A DNA stretch of 64,000 bases from positions 17,608,001 through 17,672,000 of the forward strand of contig NW_026262581.1 of assembly GCF_021869535.1 (NCBI RefSeq). Direction: 5' to 3'. This document shows positions 1 through 10,657 of this stretch, piece after piece. How positions within the stretch are numbered: position 1 is the first letter of the stretch; each line of letters begins with the position of its first letter. The notes beneath the pieces are model-generated. The model made no database searches, was not told the DNA's origin, and saw nothing but the letters and a program-made list of their open reading frames with translations. This DNA comes from Mytilus californianus. Taxonomy: Eukaryota. A program made the position numbers and the translations under genes.

Positions 1-1651
1 AAAAATCAATCGTGAGACTTTATTAAGCAACGGAACGAATGGAAAACAACTGTCACATTCCTGCCTTCACAGGCCATGTAAAAGTTGCAAAATACTGTCA
101 ATATCACTAGTTTTCTAGGCCAGAAAATGACTGCCGCTTGGACAGACAATCAATTTTAGATCGACATCTCATCACAATTTCATCCACCAAGCTCACTGTA
201 AAACTGTGTCCTTCGGATGGTTAAGGCTTACTTTTTCAAGTGTTACTGTCAGTTTTTGTCACGTGTTTCATGAAAACCTGTCGGGCATGCAAAAATAATA
301 TCGTTCAAGCCTTTTACAATTCCCCGTTCATTACGAAATCACACTTATATTTTATGTCATAATTGGCAAATAGCACCTCAAACTATCCTATTGAAAGAGT
401 TAGCTGTTTACAAAGCATTCGTTACGTAATTTTCTCCTATTGTACATAGTGGTAGTGATCTAAGATTTCAGATCGACATCTAAAGTGTTTTGTGGTGTAA
501 TCAATGCAAAACATAATCCAATCCAAAAGGGGTTTTATGTTGTTTTTTCCCATGGGGTTGATTATATTTTGAATTTAGAACATCGAATGGATACCCTTTT
601 GGCAACAAAAACATGAGATAAGTCGATCGATGACACGTAAGAATCATTTTACCACAATTAACAATTAGATAAACGTGGTGCCTGATTAAGTCCTCGAATG
701 CTCCGAAAAACACGTATTGAATACTACACTTCTTCTGTTCAGATTCTTGAAAAGTTGTTTGTAATCAAGCATATGAAGAGAAAATCCGTCCTGTCAGTTC
801 AATCAGAAACATGTAATACTAGAGATTGGCAACTAGGTCATACAATCTATTGAAATATTCGCAATACGGGTCAGTGTTGTGATGTTGGTCTGGTTAATAT
901 TTGTTTATTACCTTTATATCTATACTTGTACTCAACAGGAGAGCGCATATATAGACGTTGTTGGAAAGCTGATTTGAAGTTATCGACTGACTTGGCGCAC
1001 ACTATATCTCCCAGCTGGTTCAAATGAATCATAGTCTTTGTCATGGCATTGTCAGTTTCTCTTCGTCTTGTGAGTTTTGAATGCCGTTTCAAATTTATTT
1101 TCAACTGGAACTTTATGCAGGATTTATAGCTTGGACCAAACAGTCGACCACCTTGTACAGATAAACCAGCTTTCTTGCGTGTTCTTCTGCTATCAGCAGG
1201 TTATCTAATCATAAGTCGGCTAGTTTTTAGGTAACCGATCACTGTTCACTTGATTTGTAAATCCTGTTAATAAATCTAGTAGCATTACGTTGGATCCTTT
1301 CTAGTTGGTTCATGGCGTTTGGGTATAAAGATCCCATTCAAATGCTCTACATTCCATCGTGGATAGCTATATAACGATATGCAAGCGCAGTCTTAGGGAA
1401 ATAATCGTAGGTTGCGTCTCAGTAAGTCGAGTTCTGAGTTTGTTTCTTGGCTACATTGTGAATGGGAATTGTCCATTTACGATATTTGTAGTGCTAACTA
1501 TGGATAATGTTGGATCTGTTGTAAATAATGAGAATGAAGCACTTCTTTGCATTAAAATCCATGTGCCAGTCTTTGCTGCATTCTTCAGGTTTTCCGGGTC
1601 TTCTTGTAACATTCTTTGGTCACGATGTGATTTGGTGTCATTGATTGTCAT

Positions 1652-2205
1652 TGTGATTTGATGTTCCTTTGTAGCAGACAATCGTTGTTGTGGTTTGATG
1701 TTCCTGAGTAGTAGACAATGGTCGTTGAGATGATGTTCCTGAGTAGCAGACAATCGTTGTTGTTGTTTGATGTTCCTGAGTAGTAGACAATGGTCGTTGA
1801 GATGATGTTCCTGAGTAGCAGACAATCGTTGTTGTGATTTGATGCTCCTGAGTAGCAGAAAATCTTTGTTGTGATTTGATGTTCCTGAGTACTAGTAGCA
1901 GACAATGGTTGTTGTGATTTGATGTTCTTAAGTATCAGACAATCCATGTTGTGATTTGATGTTCCTGAGAAGCAGACAATCGCTGTTCTGATTTGTATGT
2001 CTTGAGTAGCAGACAATGGTCGTTGTGATTTGATGTTCTTAAGGCAGACAATCCTTGTTGTGATTTGATGTTCCTAAGTAGCAGACAATCGCTGTTCTGA
2101 TTTATATTGCCTGAGTATCAGACAATGGTTGTTGTGATTGATGTTACTGTATAGCAGACAATCGTTGTTGTGATTTGATGTTACTGTGTAGAAGGCAATC
2201 ATCAG
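1652..2205. repeat. Minisatellite, about 15 degenerate copies of a 35-37 bp unit (TGATTTGATGTTCCTGAGTAGCAGACAATCGTTGTTG)
   Basis: Directly visible tandem units. Local 37+35 bp alternation (72 bp) explains the 24-aa peptide repeats in ORFs 1451..1825 and 1648..2016. Confidence 0.9.
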
Positions 2206-2530
2206 TAAACAGTCTTATGGGTAGTTCGTGTGATAAGTACCGAGTACAAATCCTTGTGTTTCTCCATAGTCGACTTTAACTTCATCTGATTCATCTACAT
2301 CAATTAGTACTTTAATTTGCCTGTATTTGGACAGTTCTAACTGTTTATTGAGCGTTCCATATACGTCAAATTTATGTATTTGTTTATTGTGTGGCACGGT
2401 GTTGAAAGCTTTTTGAGAAGTAAAGGACTGTGACCTCAGTTTTGGGTACCATCATCGTGTTTACCTGAAGTCATGTAGAGATATTGGATTGCACGGACCA
2501 AAATCCATGAATAAGTGACTATAGAGTATA

Positions 2531-2672
2531 AAATTCAGAATGGAAATGGAGAATGTGTCACAGTGACAACAACCCGACCAAAGAGCAGAAAACAGTCCAA
2601 GGCCAACAATGGGTCTTCAGCACAGCGAGAAAATCCCGCACCCGGAGGCGGGCTTCAGCTGGCTCCTAACCA
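2531..2672 (+). repeat. Short interspersed repeat (AAATTGAGAATGGAAATGGGGAATGTGTC... family), inserted in the LINE
   Basis: Homologous copies at ~42200-42325 (+) and ~59235-59435 (-). It interrupts the LINE RT between KHKLLT and the HGF motif. Confidence 0.75.
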
Positions 2673-2850
2673 AAAATGTTAGAAGTTTATGCTTTTCTAC
2701 GTGTTTTAGTAGGTGCTTACAGATCATGTGTTCCAGTATCTTACAAGATACATATGTTAATGATACTGGTTTGAAGTTTTCTGGTGTGTATTTGTCTCCT
2801 TTCTTAAACACTCTTGAAATGTTAGCGTTTAACCAGTCGATGTATCAAAT

Positions 2851-3277
2851 AAACTCATAGATACCAGGATTAAATTTTGTATTTACGCCAGACGCGCGTT
2901 TCGTCTACAAAAGACTCATCAGTGACGCTCGAATCCAAAAAAGTTAAAAAGGCCAAATAAAGTACGAAGTTGAAGAGCATTGAGGACCAAAATTTCTAAA
3001 AGTTTTGTCAAATACAGCTAAGATAATCTATTCCTGAGGTAGAAAAGCCTTAGTATTTCAAAAATTAAAAAGTTTTGTAAACAGTTAATTTATAAATATG
3101 ACCATATCAATGATAATTCATGTCAGCACAGAAGTGCTGAATACTGGGCTGGTGATACCCTCTGGGAATTAAAACTCCACCAGAAGTGGCATCGACCCAG
3201 TGGTTGTAAATAAAATCACCATAGATACCAGGATTAAATTTTGTATTTACGCCATACGCGCGTTTCGTCTACAAAAA
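2851..3277 (-). mobile_element. Non-LTR retrozyme-like element: one 364-nt monomer flanked by hammerhead-containing direct repeats
   Basis: Direct repeat TAGATACCAGGATTAAATTTTGTATTTACGCCA(G/T)ACGCGCGTTTCGTCTACAAAA at 2858 and 3222 (period 364). The lower copy carries a complete hammerhead and the upper copy is 5'-truncated. Confidence 0.8.
2867..2936 (-). ncRNA. Type I hammerhead ribozyme (self-cleaving RNA motif)
   Basis: Minus strand reads cguca CUGAUGA GUCU-uuugu-AGAC GAAA C-gcgc-G UC uggcg. It has a canonical core, a 4-bp stem II, a minimal stem III with palindromic GCGC loop, a GUC cleavage triplet, a 5-bp stem I (cguca/uggcg, one G-U) and a distal GGAUU/AAUCC helix. Confidence 0.85.
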
Positions 3278-3850
3278 TGATCCAATGCTTTTGAATTTTG
3301 GTACATTAATTTAAGTCTCGGTGCTATATGTTTAGAGTACTCCTTTAGGATTCTATTTGGTATGTCATTTGGACATTTTGGTGGATTTAATTGTTTTAGA
3401 AAATTTAAAACGCTTTTTTGGTCTTTTTACCAGGGATAGTATTGTATTCTTGATTGTTTGGTTGGCTTTGGCAGTGTTTTGTTGGTGTCTTTGCTAAAAC
3501 TGATTTCAATTGTTGTATTAGTAATTCTGCGATTCCTTTGCTGTCGTTTACTAAATGGTCCTAGCTTTTCAAGGTAACACACCTACGTTATCCTGTTTTC
3601 TCGATTTAACATATTTCCAGAAGGGCTTCGGATTGTTGTTGTTTAGTCCTTCCAATAAAGTGATGTTTATGTAGGCCCTTTCAGCTTTTCTGACATGTCG
3701 CTAGCATTCTTATTGGGAATACATATAGTTTGTTCATTTCTGGTTCTCTATGATTATTGGTGCAGCCTTGTTTTCTCTTAAACATTTTCCTGATTTTGTG
3801 ATTTATGCATGGAAGGCTTGTTTTAGAGCGGGTGGGGTATTGTGGTATAT

Positions 3851-4230
3851 AAAAACTCATCAACGATACCAGGCTTATAATTGATACGACAGACGCGCGT
3901 TTCGTCTACATAAGAGCCATGAGTGACGTTCAAATCAAAAGAGTTGAAAGGTCAAATCAAATACAAAGTTGAAGAGTGTTAAAAACCTAAAATTCCGAAA
4001 AGTTATGCCGTATACCGTATTTGAATGCGACTAATGCAATCTATGCATGGGGGTAAAAAATCCTCGTGTTTCGAAAAATTTAACATTTAATAAACAGTAC
4101 AGAAAATGAACATATCAATGTCAACACAAAACTGCTGACTACTTGGCAGGTGATACCATCGGGTACAAAACGTTCACCAGCAGTGGCATCGACCCAGTGG
4201 TTGTCAAAATTTATCAAAGACAAAGATAGT
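3851..4230 (-). mobile_element. Older, degenerate copy of the retrozyme-like repeat
   Basis: Shares AAACTCATCA..GATACCAGG, GACGCGCGTTTCGTCTAC, AGTTGAAGAG and CAGTGGCATCGACCCAGTGGTTGT with the 2851-3277 element. The ribozyme core is mutated to CUCAUGG. Confidence 0.75.
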
Positions 4231-4708
4231 TCTTGAATGGTCCCAAGTTGATGTACTGTAGCACCCTGTTGGTACATATCTGTGATTTTGGTTGATGTGA
4301 GTTTTTATGGAGTTCTTCCTATTTCGAGTTGGAGTAAATTTAGCATTTTCATTGCAAAATAATCAAATGCTTCATTTTCCTCTACTTTCATGATATTACG
4401 ACGACGTGATTTATTTAGCCCCCTTTTATTACAATTTTGTTTTAGGCAAATGAAAATGTTAATATAACATATGTTCTAATGATTGCTAAATTACTATTTA
4501 GATTATTCAATAAAATATACTCGGAAAATTAATTTCTTCTTTTTAATCAAGTTAAAATATAATTGGTCCGTGACGAGACTTCATCCCGCAGTTGGTGGGA
4601 AGATGTATTAGGCTTGTTTGACCCAAAGACATTACCAAAGATATGAAACATCGGCGCATTTAAACTCTCTAAACCCAAAACATGGCCGAATGTGAATCTT
4701 TAATAATA

Positions 4709-4970
4709 AAAGAAGAATATGTATGCGGACACGAATGCCCCCGCTCAAGCTTTGCAATTTTTCAAATTAAAAAGGGGCATAACTCTAGAACGGTAAATGA
4801 CTTACAGCCCAAATTCGAACTCTGTCTGCGAGGTTTGGTTCTTGGCATTGTGTATGAGTTTCATAAAATTTAGATGAAGAAAACTGAAGTCAGAGTGCGG
4901 AAACGAACGGACGGAAGGACGGTTAAGGGTAACAATTAATGCCCCGGTTGCCTACGGCGGGGGCATAAAA
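4709..4970 (-). mobile_element. HINE/Helentron-like non-autonomous element, single core unit
   Basis: Reverse complement begins TTTTATGCCCCCGCCGTAGGC..GGGGCATTA, then a GTCC-type microsatellite and the TTCTAGAGTTATGCCCC core shared with 30707-31461. Confidence 0.6.
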
Positions 4971-5011
4971 GAATGACACAGAAAACTAGCGTAAAAACAA
5001 TGCAAATTCCA

Positions 5012-5368
5012 CTAAAATATATTAGTTTCAGGTAAGGGTGAAGGTTGGCGCCTGTTAAAACGTTTAAATCCGCTGTATTTGTTTGTATCCACCTGTTCTA
5101 AGTCAGGAGTCTGTTGTTCAGTGGTTGTCGTTTGTTGATGTGGTTCATAAGTGTTTCTCGTTTCTTTTTTATATAGATTAGACCGTTGGTTTTCCTGTTT
5201 GATTTGTTTCACACTAGTCATTTTGGGGCCCTTTATAGCTTGTTGTTCGGTGTGAGCCAAGGCTCCGTGTTGAAGGCAATACTTTGACCTGTGATTGTTT
5301 ACTTTTTACACATTGTGACTTGGATGGAGAGTTGTCTCATTGGCACTCATACCACATCTTCTTATTTA
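5012..5368 (-). repeat. Interspersed repeat of the AAGATGTGGTATGA(T/G)TGCCAATGAGACAACT family
   Basis: Same terminal motif recurs at ~7490, ~22861, ~36196, ~46150 (+) and ~59460-59675 (-). Confidence 0.7.
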
Positions 5369-5828
5369 TATATATGAAGTGAATTAAGCTTTTTAGAAAA
5401 ACTAAGGATTGATAAACAGTTCCTGCTCTACTTGTGGCACCCGTGGTGTTGCAAATAATATGTTATATCTTATGATAAAGCACAATCTATGACAGTCATA
5501 AGAATACATGATTATAACCCTAGCAACAATTCTTTTATGGACCATAAGTGACCTGTTTCAAATAAAATGTCTGTCCTAACCAAAATACCATCCTTCACAC
5601 GTGCAGGTCAAATTTCTGCCCGTCATCTCGACCTAATCATTTTCCAGAACATTATTTATTATTTTTTAACTTGTTCTCGTCATGGAATCGCATTAAACAC
5701 TTGCAATCCGCGTTAGGCAAATGACAATCAACAAAACAAAGTCAAGTCATCTGGACAAATTTCGAATGAATTCAACAGAGGCTAACAAAGATGTCAATGC
5801 CATATTCATAAATATTTCGATATTCATG

Positions 5829-7433
5829 CAGAGCTCCAGATAAGCTGCGTATTTGCGTGATCACGCAATAAAAATAATTAAAAACCCAATGCAATTGCCC
5901 ATTGCAGGGTTCAAAAACCCAATTAATTCAAAGGAAAACCCAATTATATGCCAAAAACATGGGTTCTTAACGCTTTTATTCGCTATCGTTTGCGTTATTT
6001 ACCCTTACTTGATTACAGTCGTCGCGTAAATCTATTTTTATAATATTTATAATTGGAAATGTCCTTTCGTTCTAAAAATAGAGCCCTGCATCAAGTAGCT
6101 GTAATGGGTCCCTGTTGGAATTTTCCGTTGCTCAAAAGGTACACGTGTTTATGAAAACATTTCGATCTTCTCGGCGTTTATCCAATTAGCGTGTGACATG
6201 CTGTCATATTTTTTCGAATTGCTCGGGACTTATCATAACATACAATGAATTAAAACGAAAGTAAACGTCCGGTAAAAATATTGAATAGAAGCATGTTTTC
6301 GGATTCTTTTTGATAGCTGAGGGAAAGTTATGATGATAACAAGACTCAGCTAGTGATTTTAGGAAGCGGCCATTGAACGCACGGGCGTGTTTGCGTACCA
6401 TAACGAGAACATTTGCTAGAGCGATAAACACGGGGTTCCGTCAAAAACGAAATCAGTTGGAATAAAAAGTGAAAGGCCAAATCAATTATGACATGATATG
6501 TAGTTTGAAAGCATCGAAACCAAAAGTTCTGATAAGGGACAACTTAACCCAGATTTATGTAAATTGAATTAAACGAAAACAGTTTATACATTATTTTTTT
6601 TCATTTTAGTTGATGAGTGAATACACATATCCGTTTTTTACGTCAATGTAGCTTGACACTTTCTATGTTTTGGTCTAATTGTTCTAGATGCTTAAGATAG
6701 TTGTCTTATTGGCAAGTGCAGTATAACATTGTCATTTATTTACTTGATGTTGCAGAATTATTTGTAAATTTAAGTTGAATGTGGTCTCCGTCATTATACA
6801 CCACCCTATAAACCTCAAGGTTTTGGGGTATATCTTAAATCTGGAAACTACTTTTTATTTTTATTAAAAAGTAGATCTGGCAAATAGGTGAAAGGACTGG
6901 CAAAACTTTCTTACAGCACCTAAATTTCACATATATTTCACAAAAATCTAAACACTTAGCCACACCTACCCCAACTATAATTAAACTGTAGCTAGGGTGA
7001 TCATATGGGATCTAGAAAGGCAATTAGTTCCTGTCCAACTAGTGACACCAGCTGCAGTTTACATAAGTTTTGAGAAAATACAAAACTGACAGAACGTTTA
7101 AAACGGGACACAAATTAAATGTACAATTGCTCGTCAGTGAATAAACCCAATAAAACAGCTAGCACATATTCTACAAAGAAAGAAACACATTTAAGATGGA
7201 AACACATCTGGGGTTGATATAATGTGATTATAACATGGCATTGCCTAAATATTCAATATTGTGTTGATGAAAAAACCCAATACATATAGGAGCTTGGTGG
7301 TGAAAAACCCAATTTGATATTTGCTTGAGGGGTGAATTGGAATTGATAATGCAATTAAAAAACTTTATCACCCAATTACATAAAAAAATGGTGGGTAAAA
7401 ACCCCAATTTGTGAATTCTTATCTGGAGCTCTG
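5829..7433. mobile_element. Non-autonomous hAT-type DNA transposon (1.6 kb)
   Basis: Perfect 16-bp TIRs CAGAGCTCCAGATAAG / CTTATCTGGAGCTCTG. 8-bp flanks TATTCATG / AATTCATG (7/8 match, TSD-like). Repeated AAAACCCAAT motifs near both ends. Confidence 0.8.
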
Positions 7434-7489
7434 AATTCATGTACTATTATTAGAAAGTGTGCTTTAAAATGGCACGTGGGATAGAATTT

Positions 7490-7705
7490 AAAAATAAGGA
7501 GGTGTGGTATGCTTGCCAATCAGACAACTATCTACAAAGTCCAAAATGGCGTGGATGTAAACAACTACATGTCACCGTACGGCCTCCAATAATAAACAAA
7601 GTCCGTTCCGCATAGTCAGCTATAAAAGGTACCGACATGACAAAAATGACAAACGAGAAAATCAACGACCCGAGTTATAACAAACAATAATTTTTAAAGA
7701 AATAT
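7490..7705 (+). repeat. Interspersed repeat (GTGTGGTATG..TGCCAAT.AGACAACT family)
   Basis: Homologous to the copies at 22861, 36196, 46150 and 59460. Confidence 0.65.
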
Positions 7706-8314
7706 GACGGACAAGTGCCGATGAGTGACACAGGGCCTAGTGACTACATATTGGATAGATAATTCAAATATTATCAACAGATTTGTGACAGTTTATTAGA
7801 AATACTAAAACAAATTTGTATAATATAAATTATGGTAAAAAAAATATATCAATAAATACATATACATATGAATGAATGAAAAAAACATACTCATCGATAA
7901 AAGTAATTACGTATCCAATCAATACCTTAATACTTTCATGATTATTTACATATATACAGTGATAACAATTTAAAGAAACATACGTTTAAACAACTCAAGT
8001 GACTCATTTTACACTACTATAGTTCTTGTGTTGCTTGTCCCAAGCTGTGACCACTGTTACACAATGTAACAGAAAAAGCAGTCACAAGTATATATAAAAA
8101 AGATAAAGTTCAAGCATAACACAGATATCTGTATGAAAATTGTTCAAAATAACATTTATGAAATGAAAAAAATATAAATCCAAATCCTGTTGATAACTTC
8201 ATTGTATCAGTCTCAGTTTGTTCTATCATGAATACGTTTGATTGCACACTTTACTCAGATTATGTAGAGGATTCGAATATGAGTATTATTGTTATTCCAA
8301 CAACATTGGCCGTT

Positions 8315-9685
8315 CTAATTCGCTATATCAGTCATCTTAAAAACCCAAGCATCAGTGCTTGGAATGTTCGCAAAAGATATATTTGGCAATGTTATATTCA
8401 CACCAGACGGCTGCACTTTTGTATATCTAAAGCTATAATCTTGATACCCTAACATTGTTATCAATGTGCTGCTACTGGTGATAGGTGCCTTTAAATACAA
8501 ATAGTTTGTATCAGGCCACTCCACTAAAATTGCATAAACATTTGTTCCCGTTTCAGTCTTTTTCATGGTATACCAACATGCCTTAGTGGCATTGTCTTGT
8601 TGAGCTGTCCACGGTTTTGAACTATAGATGGCTTCACCGTTTATTCTCATCCATTTTCCAAACTGAATAAGTCTTTCTTCATAAACTGGTTGAAAAGTTC
8701 CATAACTAGTTGGTCCAATGTTCATAAGCATATTACCTCCACAGCTTACAGTTTGTGCAAACGTTGCAATAAGCTCCTGTGATGAATAAAAGTCCTCTAT
8801 TCGTGCATCTCTTCGGAATCCCCAATGGTTTTTGTCTATTGTCCATGAATTTTCGAACTTTCTTTTCTGGAGAGTTGTAGGAAGGTATTTATCATGGCAC
8901 GTGAAGTATCCACCATGATGACACATGTCGCCTTTGCCCCAGCGGTCATTAGTGACAACCGTGTCCTTCACTGGACTGTCATTGTACAGCCAAGCTATGA
9001 ATTCCTTTGACGTCCAATATGTGTCTGATGCTTCCCATTCTCCGTCCGACCAAACTACTTCGGGTTTATATCTATTCACAAGCTCATATAATTCAGGCAT
9101 CGATTTAAATTTCACAAAATCTTGTGTTGTAAAATTGTTTGCTTTGTCTCTAAGATATAAAGGGTTATACCATTCTAACAAAGAATGATAAAGTCCAAAT
9201 CGCAGATTTGTTGTATAGCGAATAGCATCGGCCAGTTCCCCCACAAGGTCCCTGTGTGGACCAACGTCATAAGAATTCCAGTTCCAAGAATAATTAGACG
9301 GCCAGTTGGTAAATCCCTCATGGTGTTTCGAAACTAAAACAACATATTTAGCTCCAGAGGCTTCTAGTATTGCTGCCCATCTTTTAGGATCATAAAATTC
9401 TGCTTTGAAGTCTGCTGCAAAGTCGGCATATGTAAAATCAGGGCGATAATTCCGCTTCATAAAGTCGACAATGTCTCGGTGTCCATTTTTCCAATAATTC
9501 CAGAACCATACTGCACTGTAACTAGGAACCGAGAAAACTCCCCAGTGCATAAATATGCCAAGCTTTGCTTCGTCGTACCAGTCCGGAAGAGGTCGGCTTT
9601 CCAAAGACTCCCAGGTTGGTTGATATCTCTGGCCGAACGTTAATAAAGAGCAATAAAATAACAGGAACAAATATAGAGCAGCCAT
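8315..9685 (-). CDS. FUCA: Alpha-L-fucosidase, GH29 (metazoan FUCA1/FUCA2-like), single-exon CDS, 456 aa
   Basis: Uninterrupted ORF with a hydrophobic signal peptide ([18 protein letters not shown]) and GH29 motifs: [41 protein letters not shown] (nucleophile Asp), [34 protein letters not shown]1 versus FUCA2 orthology cannot be resolved here. Confidence 0.95.
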   Translation of the reverse strand: MAALYLFLLFYCSLLTFGQRYQPTWESLESRPLPDWYDEAKLGIFMHWGVFSVPSYSAVWFWNYWKNGHRDIVDFMKRNYRPDFTYADFAADFKAEFYDPKRWAAILEASGAKYVVLVSKHHEGFTNWPSNYSWNWNSYDVGPHRDLVGELADAIRYTTNLRFGLYHSLLEWYNPLYLRDKANNFTTQDFVKFKSMPELYELVNRYKPEVVWSDGEWEASDTYWTSKEFIAWLYNDSPVKDTVVTNDRWGKGDMCHHGGYFTCHDKYLPTTLQKRKFENSWTIDKNHWGFRRDARIEDFYSSQELIATFAQTVSCGGNMLMNIGPTSYGTFQPVYEERLIQFGKWMRINGEAIYSSKPWTAQQDNATKACWYTMKKTETGTNVYAILVEWPDTNYLYLKAPITSSSTLITMLGYQDYSFRYTKVQPSGVNITLPNISFANIPSTDAWVFKMTDIAN

Positions 9686-9743
9686 GTTTTAGATCTTTAA
9701 CGAAATGAAGTTATCGACCCGGTAAAGCCAACGAACCGATGTC

Positions 9744-9751
9744 TATTTATA
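9744..9751 (-). promoter_or_regulatory. Candidate TATA box (TATAAATA) of the fucosidase gene
   Basis: TATAAATA lies about 60 nt upstream of an ATG in AAAACATGG context, compatible with a ~30-nt 5' UTR. The region is AT-rich, so chance is possible. Confidence 0.45.
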
Positions 9752-10532
9752 TATCTTTTAAAGGCATCACATGTTATTTACACAGGTAAATAAACAAAAT
9801 ATCAATGATTGCTTGATCAATGTGTTGCTTGTTGTTTGCTTAACATCCAGTGGCACATAGTTCATGCGTAATTAGAACTTTGAGGTTCGAACAGCATGAA
9901 TGAATACATAGTCGAATTATTTTTTTTTAAGATTCCTAAAAACTACAATTTTCAAACATTTTGACAATTTTTTAACATTAAAAAAATAATTAAATACATA
10001 TTTCTGACATTTACAAACGGTATATGAATTATGTATTTGGGATTCGACAAGACTTGTATTATGTTCTATGTTGATTATATAAATGGAATCCTGACTTCAA
10101 ATAAGGATTACTTTACTTTATCTCATATGCTAAATTATCACCATCGAGGTTTCTATATTTGCAACCCTTTCGCAACACTCTTCAGTCTGTGAAAATATCA
10201 AGCGTGTGGCTTTTTAAGATACTAAAATGCTCATGCATTATACAATTTCAATCACAGAATTGTGGCAATTTAATGGCAATAATATTATTATTATATTTTA
10301 TTTCAAGTTGCGGTCAAAATTCTCGCCACACTTTAAATTATGTAGTGAAATAATTTTATATATAAAGTTGAAGGTAAAGTTCAAGATCATTTTTTTATTG
10401 CAATACGAAATCTGTCTCGTGCGATCGCGAATAACGGAACAAATCGATAAGAAGAGATCACAGTTAGTTCCTTTCTAGGAAAATCGGTTTTCTGTTGATA
10501 AAACATGTCCACCAAACATAACAACAATGATT

Positions 10533-10657
10533 CAGTGGCGGATCCAGAAATTTTCATAAGAGGGGGCCCACTGACTGCCTAAGAGGGGCCCGCTCCAGTC
10601 AAGCTTCAGTGATTCCCTAAATTAATCAACCAAATTTTTCCCACAAAAGGGGGGCCT
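10533..10657 (+). mobile_element. Truncated MITE-like fragment starting CAGTGGCGGATCCAG
   Basis: GC-rich island with a hAT-like CAG terminus and GGGGGCCC motifs. No matching right TIR was seen. Confidence 0.3.

Larger units (their letters stand above)
860..3850 (-). mobile_element. Decayed CR1/L2-group non-LTR retrotransposon (ORF2/RT relic) interrupted by nested insertions
   Basis: Minus-strand translations give collinear RT motifs with stops and frameshifts: DIPNRILKE (~3350), DWLNANISRVFKKGDKYTPENFKPVSLTYVSCKILEHMIC (2845-2700), FSKAFNTVPHN-like (~2400), V..GETQGFVLG (~2240), RLFTDDCLL (~2200), FNAKKC (~1540), LERIQRNATRF (~1300), IVCAKSVDNFKSA (~990). Confidence 0.85.

Noticed and set aside
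1652-2205. 37-bp repeat array as a CRISPR array or repeat-protein gene (ORFs 1451..1825, 1648..2016)
   Set aside because: There are no unique spacers, the context is eukaryotic, and the unit derives from LINE RT sequence. The ORFs are by-products of the periodicity.
8925-9188. Antisense ORFs over the fucosidase (8925..9188 and 8228..8452)
   Set aside because: These are shadow ORFs with no recognisable motif.
8315-9685. Bacterial horizontal transfer as the reason the fucosidase lacks introns
   Set aside because: The protein has animal FUCA hallmarks (RY.PTWESL start, CHHGGY, N-glycosylation sequons, terminal WVFK) and host-like AT content.
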